A stretch of DNA of 64,000 nt from assembly GCA_038230375.1 (NCBI GenBank), contig JBBRNJ010000049.1, positions 1 through 64,000 of the forward strand, written 5' to 3'. Source of the DNA: Polyangiales bacterium. GTDB lineage: Bacteria; Myxococcota_A; Polyangia; Polyangiales; Polyangiaceae. The notes beneath the pieces are model-generated. The model was not told the origin of the DNA. It did no database searches and was given only the letters and a program-made list of their open reading frames with translations. A program made the position numbers and the translations under genes. Of the stretch, positions 50,048 through 59,965 are shown one piece after another (within the stretch, counting starts at the first letter, position 1; each line of letters starts with the position of its first letter).

Positions 50048-51997
50048 GTGAGTGGTGCTCAAGAAGACGTGCGGGAGCGCTGGTTCACGCTCTTCGAACA
50101 GGCGCCGGTCGGCGTCTTCGTCTTCGATCGCGCGCTCTTCATCCGTGAGTGCAATCAAGCGCTCGCGAAGATGCTCGGCTCCACCCGCGACCGGATCGTG
50201 GGCCTGGACCTTCGCAACTTGCGCGACCAGCGCGTGGTCCCCAGCATCAAGGCCGTGCTCGACGGCGAGATGACCCACTACGAGGGTCCCTACAAGGCCA
50301 CGACCAGCGACGAGGAAGTGATCATCTCCATGCGCTCCTCACCGCTCCGCAACGACGACGGCGCCGTGATCCTTGGGATGGGCGTGGTGGAAGACATCAC
50401 GGATCGCACGCGCGCGACCACACGTCTGCAACGCAGCGAGGCGCACATGCGGCGCCTCTTCGACGCAGCACCCGACGGCATCGTGCTCCTGGATGACGCG
50501 GGACGGAACACCTACGTGAACGGCGCGATGATCACGCTGCTCGAGCGCACGGAGGCCGAGCTCCTCGGCACCCAGCTGGCCTCGCTCACCTCCTCGCAGG
50601 AGGATCGCGCTGCGCTCGCGGCCTGCTTGTCTGCCACGCCGGAGATCGACAACGTCATTCTTCGTCGGCCACCAGTGGAGGTCCGCTTCGCCACCGGCCG
50701 CGGCGTCGCGGTCCATCTGGAGGTGGTGAGCATGCCGTTCGAACAGGAGGGACGCGCGGGGATGCTGGTCTTCTGTCGCGACGTCACCGACCGCAAGCTG
50801 CTGCAGGCGCGCCTCATGCAGGCTGACCGCATGGTGGCCATGGGCACGCTCGCTGCGGGCGTGGCTCACGAGATCAATAACCCGCTTGCGTACCTGAGCG
50901 CGAACCTGGAGCTCCTCTCGAAGCGGAAGCTGCCCGAGATCCGCCGCAAGCTTGGCGAGGAGGGCGCCGTCTCCACGCAGGAGATCCGCGACAGCCTGGA
51001 CAAGTGCGCCGAGATGCTCGACATCGCGCGGGAGGGCGCGGCGCGCGTGAAGGACATCGTCCGCGACCTGCGCACGTTCTCCCGCGACGACGAGCGACGC
51101 GCCGCCGTTGACGTACGTCGTGTGCTGGACGCCTGCGTGAACATCGCGTGGAACGAGCTGCGCCTGCGCGCGCGCGTGGAGCGCGTCTACGGCGACATCC
51201 CCACCGTCACCGCGAACGAGTCGCGCCTGGGCCAGGTGTTCCTCAACCTGATCGTGAACGCCGCGCAGTCCATCGCGCCAGGGCGTGCGGCGGAGAACCA
51301 GATCGTGCTCTCCGTCACGCAGGAAGGCCTGGATGTCGTGGTCCTGGTGAAGGACACGGGGACGGGCATCACTCCGGACATCCTTCCGCAGATCTTCGAG
51401 CCCTTTTACACCTCGAAACCCGCCGGCGTGGGCACGGGTCTCGGCCTCTGGATCTGCAAGGGCATCGTGGTCGGCCTGGGCGGACACATCAGCGTCGACG
51501 AGACATCGCCGCGCGGCACCACGTTTCGCGTCGTGCTGCCAACGGAGGACCACCCGGACCCCGCCGGCGTGCCGCGCGCTGGCTCATCGCACCCCAACCC
51601 GCTCGAGGCGGAGCGGCTCGCCGTGCTGTTCGTGGACGACGAGACGGCACTTGGGCAGGCCGTGGCGGAGGCGCTGGAGGATGACTTCGTGGTGACCGTA
51701 TGCGGCAGCGGAAACGAGGCGATCGAGCGCCTGGAGACCGGTCCGAAGCCCGCGGCCATCGTGTGCGATCTCATGATGCCCGGCATGACGGGCATGGAGC
51801 TGTTCGCCACCGTGAAGGAGCGCTGGCCAGAGCTGGAGCGCGTGTTCGTCTTCGTGACGGGCGCCGCGTTCTCCGGCCGCGCGCGCGAGTTTCTCTCGGG
51901 TGTACGCAACCCGAAGCTCGAGAAGCCCTTCGACACGAACGTCATCCGCGACGCGATTCGCGCAGTCACTGCGAAGCGAGGCCGCGCAGCTTCGTGA
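50048..51997 (+). CDS. Hybrid sensor histidine kinase (two PAS, HisKA/HATPase, receiver)
   Basis: [29 protein letters not shown]; receiver VDDE...CDLMMP...KPF; start 50036 or 50048. Confidence 0.93.
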   Translation: MSGAQEDVRERWFTLFEQAPVGVFVFDRALFIRECNQALAKMLGSTRDRIVGLDLRNLRDQRVVPSIKAVLDGEMTHYEGPYKATTSDEEVIISMRSSPLRNDDGAVILGMGVVEDITDRTRATTRLQRSEAHMRRLFDAAPDGIVLLDDAGRNTYVNGAMITLLERTEAELLGTQLASLTSSQEDRAALAACLSATPEIDNVILRRPPVEVRFATGRGVAVHLEVVSMPFEQEGRAGMLVFCRDVTDRKLLQARLMQADRMVAMGTLAAGVAHEINNPLAYLSANLELLSKRKLPEIRRKLGEEGAVSTQEIRDSLDKCAEMLDIAREGAARVKDIVRDLRTFSRDDERRAAVDVRRVLDACVNIAWNELRLRARVERVYGDIPTVTANESRLGQVFLNLIVNAAQSIAPGRAAENQIVLSVTQEGLDVVVLVKDTGTGITPDILPQIFEPFYTSKPAGVGTGLGLWICKGIVVGLGGHISVDETSPRGTTFRVVLPTEDHPDPAGVPRAGSSHPNPLEAERLAVLFVDDETALGQAVAEALEDDFVVTVCGSGNEAIERLETGPKPAAIVCDLMMPGMTGMELFATVKERWPELERVFVFVTGAAFSGRAREFLSGVRNPKLEKPFDTNVIRDAIRAVTAKRGRAAS

Positions 51998-52811
51998 CGT
52001 TCTCCTTCGGCGCACCAAGCTCCGCCGCGCGGTCCAGCGCGCGCAGGCCCGCTTCGTTCTCCCCGAGCAAGAGCAGGCAGTAGGCGCGTCCCATCAGCGC
52101 GCCGACGTGATCGCGCCGCCTCGCGAGCACGCTGTCGTACGCGGTGAGCGCGGCCCGGAGGTCATCACGTTTGAGCGCCAGGGTGGCGAGGCCAAGGAGA
52201 CAACCCGTGTCCTCCTTGTCGCGGCGCGAGCAGCGTACGTACGCCTCGTGCGCGCCCTCGAGATCGCCCGCGTGCAGGCGAACCAGGCCGAGTGCATGTA
52301 GTGTCTCTGTATCGTCGGCACCGCGCTTCACTGCCTCGGTGAGCCGCGGCAAGGCAACCTCTACCTCACCCCATCGCGCGGCGCGAAGACCGCCTTCACG
52401 CGGGCCTGCGGGTGACTGCGGCGCCCGGGTCGCTGCCTCGTCATAGGCCGCCAGCGCCAGATCGAAATGGTGAGCGAGCTCCTCGGCGTGGCCCACCTCG
52501 ATGAGCGCGGTGGGGTCGTTGTCCGAGGTCCGGCGCGCTATCTGCTCGGCCTCGGCGCGGGCGGCCCCCAGGTCGCCCGTGACCGCGAGGATGCGAACCA
52601 GGAGCCGCCGTGAGTCCAGGTGATCGGGATGTACACGAAGGTCCTCACGCAGCACGGCGATCGCCTGATCGGGCTGGTTCCGCCGCTCGAACGACATCGC
52701 CTGCTGAAGAGCACCGGGTCCGGCGCAACCAGCGAGGCCTGCGAGGCCTGCGAGGCTGATGATGCCAGCCAGGACCACAAGCACGACCGGCTGCCTATGT
52801 CCGTGGTCCAC
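51966..52811 (-). CDS. TPR-repeat lipoprotein
   Basis: LAGC lipobox; repeated helical TPR-like units. Confidence 0.8.
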   Translation of the reverse strand: MDHGHRQPVVLVVLAGIISLAGLAGLAGCAGPGALQQAMSFERRNQPDQAIAVLREDLRVHPDHLDSRRLLVRILAVTGDLGAARAEAEQIARRTSDNDPTALIEVGHAEELAHHFDLALAAYDEAATRAPQSPAGPREGGLRAARWGEVEVALPRLTEAVKRGADDTETLHALGLVRLHAGDLEGAHEAYVRCSRRDKEDTGCLLGLATLALKRDDLRAALTAYDSVLARRRDHVGALMGRAYCLLLLGENEAGLRALDRAAELGAPKENVTKLRGLASQ

Positions 52812-52859
52812 TCGTTCGTGCTACACCCCTTCGCCCGTAAAGACAAAGAGAGGCCTAAC

Positions 52860-53738
52860 GTGGACATTCGCATCATTGGCGTGCTCGGTGCTGGTCAGAT
52901 GGGCTCTGGGATCGCGCAGCTCGCCGCGGCAGCCGAGTACGACGTGCGCCTCTGCGATGCGTCGCTCGCGCTCGCAGAAGGCGGACGCGGGAAGATCGAC
53001 GCCATCCTCGGCAGGCAGGTGGAGAAGGGAAAGATGGAGGACGCGGCGCGCAAGGCGCTCGTCGCGCGCATCAAGCCGGTCGCCACGCCGGCGGATTTCG
53101 CCGACTGCGACCTGGTGGTGGAGGCCGCGACCGAGAACGTGCTCCTCAAGCTGGAGCTGTTCCGCGCGTGCGATGCCGGGATGAAGAAGGGCGCCATCCT
53201 CGCCAGCAACACGTCATCGATCTCGCTGACGAAGCTCGCCGCGGCGACGAAGCGGCCGTCCGAGGTCATTGGCATGCACTTCATGAACCCGCCGCCCCTG
53301 ATGAAGCTGGTGGAGATCGTGCGCGCCATCCAGACCAGCGAGGAGACGTTCAAGGACACGGTCGTGGTCGCTCACAGGATGGGCAAGACCACCACGGTCA
53401 GCAACGACGCGCCTGGCTTCCTGGTGAACCGCATCCTCATCCCCATGCTCTGCGAGGCTTGTTTTGCCCTGCAAGAAGGCGTCGGCAGCGCGGAGGACAT
53501 CGACACGGGCGCGAAGCTGGGCCTCAACCATCCGATGGGCCCGCTGGAGCTCTCGGACCTCATCGGCCTCGACACGGTGCTCGCGATCGCGGACGTGCTC
53601 TACCGCGACATCGGGGACGACAAGTACCGCGCGCCGACGAACCTGCGCAACCTGGTCGCTGCCGGGTGGCTGGGCAGGAAGACGAAGCGTGGATTCTACA
53701 CGTATGACGACAAGGGTCAGAAGGTGGGGCGCGCATGA
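52860..53738 (+). CDS. hbd: 3-hydroxybutyryl-CoA (3-hydroxyacyl-CoA) dehydrogenase
   Basis: GAGQMGSGIA, ASNTSS, GMHFMNP, HPMGPLEL, GRKT. Confidence 0.93.
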   Translation: MDIRIIGVLGAGQMGSGIAQLAAAAEYDVRLCDASLALAEGGRGKIDAILGRQVEKGKMEDAARKALVARIKPVATPADFADCDLVVEAATENVLLKLELFRACDAGMKKGAILASNTSSISLTKLAAATKRPSEVIGMHFMNPPPLMKLVEIVRAIQTSEETFKDTVVVAHRMGKTTTVSNDAPGFLVNRILIPMLCEACFALQEGVGSAEDIDTGAKLGLNHPMGPLELSDLIGLDTVLAIADVLYRDIGDDKYRAPTNLRNLVAAGWLGRKTKRGFYTYDDKGQKVGRA

Positions 53739-54523
53739 GCACGAACGACACGAAGACGGTCCTCATCGATCGCGGCCCCATCACCACGCTCACGCTCAAC
53801 CGCCCCGAGAAGCTGAATGCGCTGAACGCGCAGCTCCTGTCCGAGCTCACGGAGGCACTGGTCTCTTTGAGCACCGACAGGTCCCTGCGCGCGGTGATCA
53901 TCACCGGCGCGGGCGAGAAGGCATTCGCAGCGGGCGCGGACATCTCCGCCATGTCGAACCTCAGCGCGGCCGACGCGCGCTTCTTCGCAGGCATGGGCCA
54001 GCGCACGCTCGCCATGATCGAAGAGCTGCCGGTGCCGGTCATCGGCGCGGTGAATGGATTCGCGCTCGGCGGTGGCTGCGAGCTCGCGCTCGCGTGCGAC
54101 TTCCTCTACGCCAGCGAGAACGCGAAGCTTGGCCAGCCCGAGGTGAACCTTGGCGTGATCCCGGGCTTCGGCGGCACGCAGCGGCTCGCTCGCCGCGTCG
54201 GGGTCGGTCGCGCGCGTGAGCTCTGCTACACGGGCGACATCATCGACGCGGCGGAGGCCCTTCGTATCGGGCTCGTGAATGCCGTGTTCCCGCTCGCGTC
54301 CTTGCTGGAGAAGGCGCGCGCGACGGCGCAGAAGATCGCGGACAAGGGCCCACTCGCCATCACGCAGGCAAAGAAGGCGATCTTGCGCGGGGCCGACGTT
54401 CCCCTGCCCGTCGCGAACGAGCTCGAGGTCCAGGCGTTTGCTGGGCTCTTCGGCTCGAACGATCAGCGCGAGGGCATGACGGCATTCCTGGAGAAGCGCA
54501 AGGCAGTGTTCAAGGGAAGCTGA
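53735..54523 (+). CDS. crt: Enoyl-CoA hydratase (crotonase)
   Basis: LNRPEKLNA, AFAAGADI, ALGGGCELA, GQPEVNLG, PGFGGTQRL; ATGA overlap with hbd. Confidence 0.93.
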   Translation: MSTNDTKTVLIDRGPITTLTLNRPEKLNALNAQLLSELTEALVSLSTDRSLRAVIITGAGEKAFAAGADISAMSNLSAADARFFAGMGQRTLAMIEELPVPVIGAVNGFALGGGCELALACDFLYASENAKLGQPEVNLGVIPGFGGTQRLARRVGVGRARELCYTGDIIDAAEALRIGLVNAVFPLASLLEKARATAQKIADKGPLAITQAKKAILRGADVPLPVANELEVQAFAGLFGSNDQREGMTAFLEKRKAVFKGS

Positions 54524-54525
54524 CC

Positions 54526-54966
54526 TCAGAACGACCGATGCGAGGCCACGAGCGTGCCGAGCACCGCAGCCACGCACGCGAGAACGAACGAGAGCGCGTA
54601 CGCCACGAAGGCGGCGCGCGCCGCTCGTCCCCCGTCCTCCTTCTTCTGACTGGCGACATAGGCGAGAGCGCCCGTCCATGCGAGGAGCACGACGGCCATG
54701 GCGAGGTGCTCCTTGCGCTCGAAGGCATTGCCGAGCGCGAGCGACTCCACGAAGATCTCACGCCGGAGCTGCGCCCGATACGGACCGTAGAGGCAGAGGC
54801 CGAGACCAGCCGTGACAGTAGGAAGAAGGGTCGCGAACGCCACCGCGAGATGCGCCCGCCGCTTTCCGCGACGTAGTAGGATGGCTGGGTGCAAGAGCGA
54901 GGCAAGAGAGAGCACGGCCAGATGCCCGTGCAGTCGTTCCAGGAGCCTGAGGTCGAAGCCGCTCAC
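54526..54966 (-). CDS. Four-TM membrane protein
   Basis: GTG at 54966; hydrophobic helices with His residues (LHGHL, HPA, KEHL). Confidence 0.65.
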   Translation of the reverse strand: MSGFDLRLLERLHGHLAVLSLASLLHPAILLRRGKRRAHLAVAFATLLPTVTAGLGLCLYGPYRAQLRREIFVESLALGNAFERKEHLAMAVVLLAWTGALAYVASQKKEDGGRAARAAFVAYALSFVLACVAAVLGTLVASHRSF

Positions 54967-55010
54967 GCGCCCGGAGCGTACATGCCTTCCGTGGGGCCGC
55001 GGGGCTGAAC

Positions 55011-55436
55011 ATGGCGCACGAAAACGCGCAGGAGAAGGCCCAAGAGAAGGCGCAGGAGAAGGCGCTCCCGCAGACCCGGGCTTGCAAGGTCCACCCTGGA
55101 ATCGAGGGCGTCGTCTGTTTCCGCTGTGGAAAGGTCGCATGCGGGACCTGCGGCTCCTTCGTGATGGACGAGCACGGGCTCTGCAACGACTGCGGTGAGT
55201 CAGAGCTGCGCTCGGCGGGCTTCCCCCTCGCCACCGTGCTCATCGCCGTGGCCTATCTCGCGCTCGTGTGTGTGCTGGTGCTCACGAAGGAGGTCCGGCC
55301 CTATCTCCTTGGCGCCTCGGCGCTCCTTGCGATCGGGCTCGCGCGCGTCTTCTCCACCATGACGACGCTGCGCCGCCCCACGCTCATTCGCGACCTCGCG
55401 CGACCGGTCCAGAAGAAGACGGAGGAACCCGAGTGA
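55011..55436 (+). CDS. B-box-like zinc-finger membrane protein
   Basis: CKVH...CFRC...CGTC...CNDC followed by two TM helices. Confidence 0.7.
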   Translation: MAHENAQEKAQEKAQEKALPQTRACKVHPGIEGVVCFRCGKVACGTCGSFVMDEHGLCNDCGESELRSAGFPLATVLIAVAYLALVCVLVLTKEVRPYLLGASALLAIGLARVFSTMTTLRRPTLIRDLARPVQKKTEEPE

Positions 55437-56458
55437 GCGGCTCGCAGATCATGTCTCGCGTGCGCTCGCAGGACACCGCCGTGCAGGTGCTGCGGCGCGC
55501 CGTCGCGGCGGGATCGGTGCATCATGCATATCTCTTTGAAGGCCCCGCGGGCGTCGGCAAGGAGCTCGCTGCCCTGGGCCTTGCGCAGGCGCTCGTATGC
55601 GAGCGGCGCGCTCCTGGCGAGTCCGACGCCTGCGGCACGTGCAGCGCCTGCCTGCGCGCCAACCTCACCGAGGACCGCGTGACGCGGCACCCGGACATCA
55701 CCATCCTGGAGCGCGCGCTCTATGAGCCGCAGCGAATCGGAAGGCGCACGCCGGAGTCGCAGGACATCAGCATCGATCAGGTGCGCACGCTGGTCCTTGC
55801 GCGCGCGGCGTTCGGACCTCACGAGGGGCGCGCGAAGGTGTTCATCGTGCGGCGCGCGGAGGAGCTGGGCACGTCCGCGGCGAACGCGCTGCTGAAGACG
55901 CTGGAGGAGCCCGGCGACAAGACCCATTTCATCCTGCTCTCTGCGCAGCCCGGCGACCTGCTGCCCACCGTTCGCTCGCGCACCATGCGCGTCCGCTTCG
56001 GCTCTCTTCCGGAGGCCACCGTGAAGGCGCTGCTCGTGGAGCAAGGCAAGGACGAAGGAGTCGCCACGAGGGCCGCGGCGCTCGCTGGCGGCACCATGGC
56101 GGAGGCAATGATCACGGCCGATCCGGACCTGCTCGCCGAGCGCGACGCCTTCGTGTCTGACGTGCTGGGCGCCATCACCCAGGCCGAGCGCGGGCGCGGC
56201 TACGAGCTCGCCGAGCAGGCCAAGAAGGACAAGACCAAGCTCACCGCCGACCTCGTTGCGCTCGCACGCGCGCTCCATCTCCGGCTCCGCGCCGAGACCA
56301 CCGACACCGCGCGCCCCGCCGCCAACGCCCGGCGCATCGCGGAGGCGTTTGCCATGGTGACGGAGTCCGCCGACAACCTTGCCGGCAACAACAACCCGCA
56401 GCTGGTGGTGGAGTCCCTCTACTTCAAGCTACGCGACGCCCTCCGCCCCGCCCTCTGA
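55433..56458 (+). CDS. holB: DNA polymerase III subunit delta'
   Basis: HAYLFEGPAGVGK, ACGTCSAC, HPD, ISIDQVR, AANALLKTLEEP, LPTVRSR. Confidence 0.93.
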   Translation: MSGSQIMSRVRSQDTAVQVLRRAVAAGSVHHAYLFEGPAGVGKELAALGLAQALVCERRAPGESDACGTCSACLRANLTEDRVTRHPDITILERALYEPQRIGRRTPESQDISIDQVRTLVLARAAFGPHEGRAKVFIVRRAEELGTSAANALLKTLEEPGDKTHFILLSAQPGDLLPTVRSRTMRVRFGSLPEATVKALLVEQGKDEGVATRAAALAGGTMAEAMITADPDLLAERDAFVSDVLGAITQAERGRGYELAEQAKKDKTKLTADLVALARALHLRLRAETTDTARPAANARRIAEAFAMVTESADNLAGNNNPQLVVESLYFKLRDALRPAL

Positions 56459-56471
56459 GAAGCAGCGCTGT

Positions 56472-57185
56472 TCAGGGCTCCTTGATGGTGGACATGCCGG
56501 AGCCAAGGACGTCGTACATGCCCTCGTAGAGGGCCTCGCCTACCCAGACGCTGCGCGCGCCGCCGTCGCCCACCAGGATGAGCAGGCGTTCGGCGCCGGG
56601 ACCCGTGTATTCTGCACACAAAACGGTCTCGCCGACATCGGGCGCGCCCGAGCCGATGCGACGCGCGCGGAGCGGCAGGCGCCGTGCACGTTCGTACCGT
56701 TGTCCGTCGTGCTCGATCGACGTGGGCGGCTCACCGCCCACCGTGAACGCCGTGGCTGGCAGTGGCGCGAGCCAGAACACGTCGACAGTGGGCTTGGGCC
56801 GCACGTAGATGCCGCGAAGCTCCTTGCCTTCGGGCGCGACGAACAGGACCGACACGGGGGTGTCCTCGGACAGGACAAGAGCGCCTTCGAGCCAGGCCTC
56901 GTCGCCGATGCGGCGGAGGATGACGTCGCCGAGCTGACACGGAAAACCAGGCAGCTCTGAGCCGGCCACCTCGGCGCCCTTCACGCGGCGTCCCTTGCCA
57001 CCCGCCCCGGACTGCGCCGCGCGCTCTGCGTCCGCAGTGGTGAGCGGTGCAGGCTGCGCGGTCGCGCCTGGGCGTTCGCCCTGTGTGCCCGATGAGGCGG
57101 CCGCGCCCTTGCGCCTGCGGACCAGGTAGCCCGATGCCACGGCGCTACCCGCGGCAATGAGGAGGCTCGCCAGCAGGATGCTCAT
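56472..57185 (-). CDS. Membrane-anchored hypothetical protein
   Basis: N-terminal TM followed by RRRK; beta-rich soluble domain. Confidence 0.65.
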   Translation of the reverse strand: MSILLASLLIAAGSAVASGYLVRRRKGAAASSGTQGERPGATAQPAPLTTADAERAAQSGAGGKGRRVKGAEVAGSELPGFPCQLGDVILRRIGDEAWLEGALVLSEDTPVSVLFVAPEGKELRGIYVRPKPTVDVFWLAPLPATAFTVGGEPPTSIEHDGQRYERARRLPLRARRIGSGAPDVGETVLCAEYTGPGAERLLILVGDGGARSVWVGEALYEGMYDVLGSGMSTIKEP

Positions 57186-57262
57186 TCATCCAGCTCTAGT
57201 GACAAAGGCGGCCCTCCGCAACGTACACAGGCGCGGTGGCCCATCTCGTAAGGCGTGACGCC

Positions 57263-58450
57263 TCAGCGGTAACGTGTGCACTCTACATTCATCTCGGTGC
57301 CGAGGCGGCCGCCGTTCGCCAGCGCGGGCTCGAACGAGAGCAGATCGCCGCGCTCTGCTTCTGCGAACGCTGCGTTCGGGGTGGTGGTCTCCCGATCGAG
57401 CAGGCGCGCCTTGCCCCGGCCTATGCCGTCGGCGTGCTCGCCGCACAGGAAGAGCTCCGTCTTGCCCTTCGTGCGAAGGAGCGATGAGGTGACCCGGAGC
57501 GGACGCGCACTCGCCTCGCGGAGAGTGCGACCATCCTTTCGCAAGATCAGGTAGCTGAACGTGAGCCCTTGCCAGCGCAGGCCCGCGGCGCGTGCGAGCG
57601 GAACCAGGAAGGGCGGCAGGTCCGTGGGCAAGTCCTCGTGGCACCAGTCGTGGGGCGACGCGAGCGCGGGGCACGCCTGCTGATGCAGGCATGGCGCGAA
57701 CACCCCGAGCTTCTTTCCCGCAAGAACGGCGTCACGCACGGCATGCAGGTGACGCGTGCGCGACGCGAGCGCGGGCTCGACGATCACGAGCGAGCCCTCG
57801 GGCGAAAGGAGCCGCGAAAGGTCCTGGAGCCACGCCGCGTGACGTGCGATCCGCTCTGCGGTCGCCATCTCCGCGTCCATCTCGCTCATCACCTGCCCGC
57901 AGACGATCACGTCGAACTGGCCCTTGGCGCGGGCGGCCGCGGCGGCGGTGCCCTTCTCGAGCTTCACCGATACGCGCGGCCCCGTCGCCGCGTCAGGCAA
58001 CGCGCGGCGCACGAGCTCGAGCCCTAGCTCCATCGCGGCGCGATCCGTGTCCATCCACGTCGCGTCCACTTCGAAACTCGCAAGGCCGTGCTCGACCGCC
58101 GCACGTGACAGCGCGCGCACGATCCCGAAGGTCATCGCGCCTAGACCCGCGCCCACATCCAGGAGACGCAGCGGACGGTCCGCGCGCGGCAGCAGCGCGC
58201 CGGTCGCCGTGAGCTCGCGCACGGCCGCATGGCCCTTCGGCACGTCGCGGGGGAACGAGAACGCGAGGCGCGCAGGAAGCAGGTTCGCGGCCTCCTTGCC
58301 GTCGGTCGTGTTGTAGACCTCCGACAGCTTCGCGAGCATCGGGCCCAGGCGCGCGGTGTCGGAGAGCGCCGGGTAGCCGTGCGCGCGCGCGACCTCGGAG
58401 AGATGCGTTTCGAACTCGTCGGCGAGGGAGAAGTCGTGGCGCTCTTCCAT
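57263..58450 (-). CDS. Rsm22-family SAM-dependent methyltransferase
   Basis: LLDVGAGLG, LVIVEPA, APCLHQQACP...WCH, FSYLILRK. Confidence 0.85.
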   Translation of the reverse strand: MEERHDFSLADEFETHLSEVARAHGYPALSDTARLGPMLAKLSEVYNTTDGKEAANLLPARLAFSFPRDVPKGHAAVRELTATGALLPRADRPLRLLDVGAGLGAMTFGIVRALSRAAVEHGLASFEVDATWMDTDRAAMELGLELVRRALPDAATGPRVSVKLEKGTAAAAARAKGQFDVIVCGQVMSEMDAEMATAERIARHAAWLQDLSRLLSPEGSLVIVEPALASRTRHLHAVRDAVLAGKKLGVFAPCLHQQACPALASPHDWCHEDLPTDLPPFLVPLARAAGLRWQGLTFSYLILRKDGRTLREASARPLRVTSSLLRTKGKTELFLCGEHADGIGRGKARLLDRETTTPNAAFAEAERGDLLSFEPALANGGRLGTEMNVECTRYR

Positions 58451-58486
58451 GCCCGGCCAGGACTAGTCCACTCGGAGGCGAGCGGT

Positions 58487-59899
58487 CTACGCGAAGGAGG
58501 CAGGATCGACGCCGAGCGGGCCCGGCGCGATGCGAAGGCTCGTCTCGAACCCTTCGACGAGGCCAGGGCAGCGCACGCGCTCCACCATGCCGAGCACAGA
58601 CGGCACCCGCTCCAGGTAGGGGGTCGCGTCGTCGGCACTGAGGTCGGGCGCGCGCGCGTCACCGTCGTCTCCCAGGGAGACGAGAAGCTCCGCGGTGCGG
58701 GCCAACGACAGCCGCATGGTGGTGACCGAGCCATCGCGCGCCCGTCGTGCAAGCGCGCGGCAAGCAGCCGCGGCAAGGAGGTAGCCAGTCCCGTGGTCGA
58801 GCGCCTGCGCCGGCAGCGGCACGGGCATGTCTGCCCCGAGCGCCTGTTGCCCGCGCGCCGCGATCCCGGCGCTCATCTGCACAAGGCTGTCGAAGCCACG
58901 CCGGTTATGCCACGGGCCCGAGAAGCCGTACGCGTCGTGCGTGACCACGGTGAGCGTCGGATTCGCGGCCGCAAGGACCTCCGGTCCCAGGTCCAGGCGA
59001 AGGAGGGCGTCGGCGCGGAGGCCGTGCACGAACAGGTTGGCGTCCGCGACCAGCGAGAGAAACCGCGCGCGTCCCTCGGTCGATCGAAGATCGAGCGAGG
59101 CGCGGCGCTTGCCGCCGGTCGCGTCCACGAGGAGCCCAGGTACCTCGACGAAGCCCGGGGGATCGATCCGCAGGACGTCGGCGCCGTGGGCCGCGAGCAT
59201 GCGCGTACAGATCGGGCCTGCGATCACGCGTGTCAGGTCGAGCACGCGCAGACCCGAGAGCGGCCTTTCGAGTGACGCCATGCGCATCGGTGGCGGTGGC
59301 GCGTCAGCACGCCTGACCGACGCCAGTGGCTCCTGCGCGACGGCCTGCCCCTGCGGATGCGCGCGCCATTCGTCTTGCGTACGGAGCATCGCCGCAGCTC
59401 CGCCCTCCGCCACGACCATCTGCTCGACGTCCTCTGGTTCGAGCAAGAGAACGCGCGCACGCACCGCGTCGCGCGTCTCGGCTACCCCGAGTGCGCGGAC
59501 CACGGCTGCACGGTGGTGCGCATAGTTCGTGTGGAGCCGCACGATGCCGCCGCGCGCCTGATAGTCGCCCGATAGCGGGTCCCAGACTGGTGGCATCTCT
59601 CGCTCGAGCGTTCGCGCATAGCGTTCGCTCCGGAAGGCCACGGCTGCGTGCCTGCGATTCACACGGACCATGCGCGGCGGCTCCTGGGTACGCGCGGCGT
59701 GGAGCTCGGACGCCGCAAGCGTCGCGACGGCGACACACGCGGTGGCGAACGCGGCGACCGCGTATGGCGACGGAAGCCCACCCGGCGCGCCATCGATCGA
59801 GAACGCACCCGGAGGCAGATCTGCGAGCGTCTCGTCCTGGGCGCGGGGTGCCACTTCGTTCCAGAGCCTGAGAATCAGCGTTCGTTCGTCGTCGACCAT
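58487..59899 (-). CDS. Family III CoA-transferase (CaiB/BaiF)
   Basis: PLSGLRVLDLTRVIAGP, GADVLRID, GKR, GPW..RRGFDSLVQ; start 59899 or 59923. Confidence 0.9.
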   Translation of the reverse strand: MVDDERTLILRLWNEVAPRAQDETLADLPPGAFSIDGAPGGLPSPYAVAAFATACVAVATLAASELHAARTQEPPRMVRVNRRHAAVAFRSERYARTLEREMPPVWDPLSGDYQARGGIVRLHTNYAHHRAAVVRALGVAETRDAVRARVLLLEPEDVEQMVVAEGGAAAMLRTQDEWRAHPQGQAVAQEPLASVRRADAPPPPMRMASLERPLSGLRVLDLTRVIAGPICTRMLAAHGADVLRIDPPGFVEVPGLLVDATGGKRRASLDLRSTEGRARFLSLVADANLFVHGLRADALLRLDLGPEVLAAANPTLTVVTHDAYGFSGPWHNRRGFDSLVQMSAGIAARGQQALGADMPVPLPAQALDHGTGYLLAAAACRALARRARDGSVTTMRLSLARTAELLVSLGDDGDARAPDLSADDATPYLERVPSVLGMVERVRCPGLVEGFETSLRIAPGPLGVDPASFA

Positions 59900-59927
59900 G
59901 GATGGACTGTTCGGTCCGCGCATCGGT

Positions 59928-59957
59928 TAGTCAATGTTGATTAGTGTCAACGTTGAT
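59928..59957. promoter_or_regulatory. Tandem palindromic operator between the divergent CoA-transferase and HTH-citrate synthase genes
   Basis: TCAATGTTGA (59931-59940) and TCAACGTTGA (59947-59956); AT-rich patch. Confidence 0.65.
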
Positions 59958-59965
59958 GACAGTCT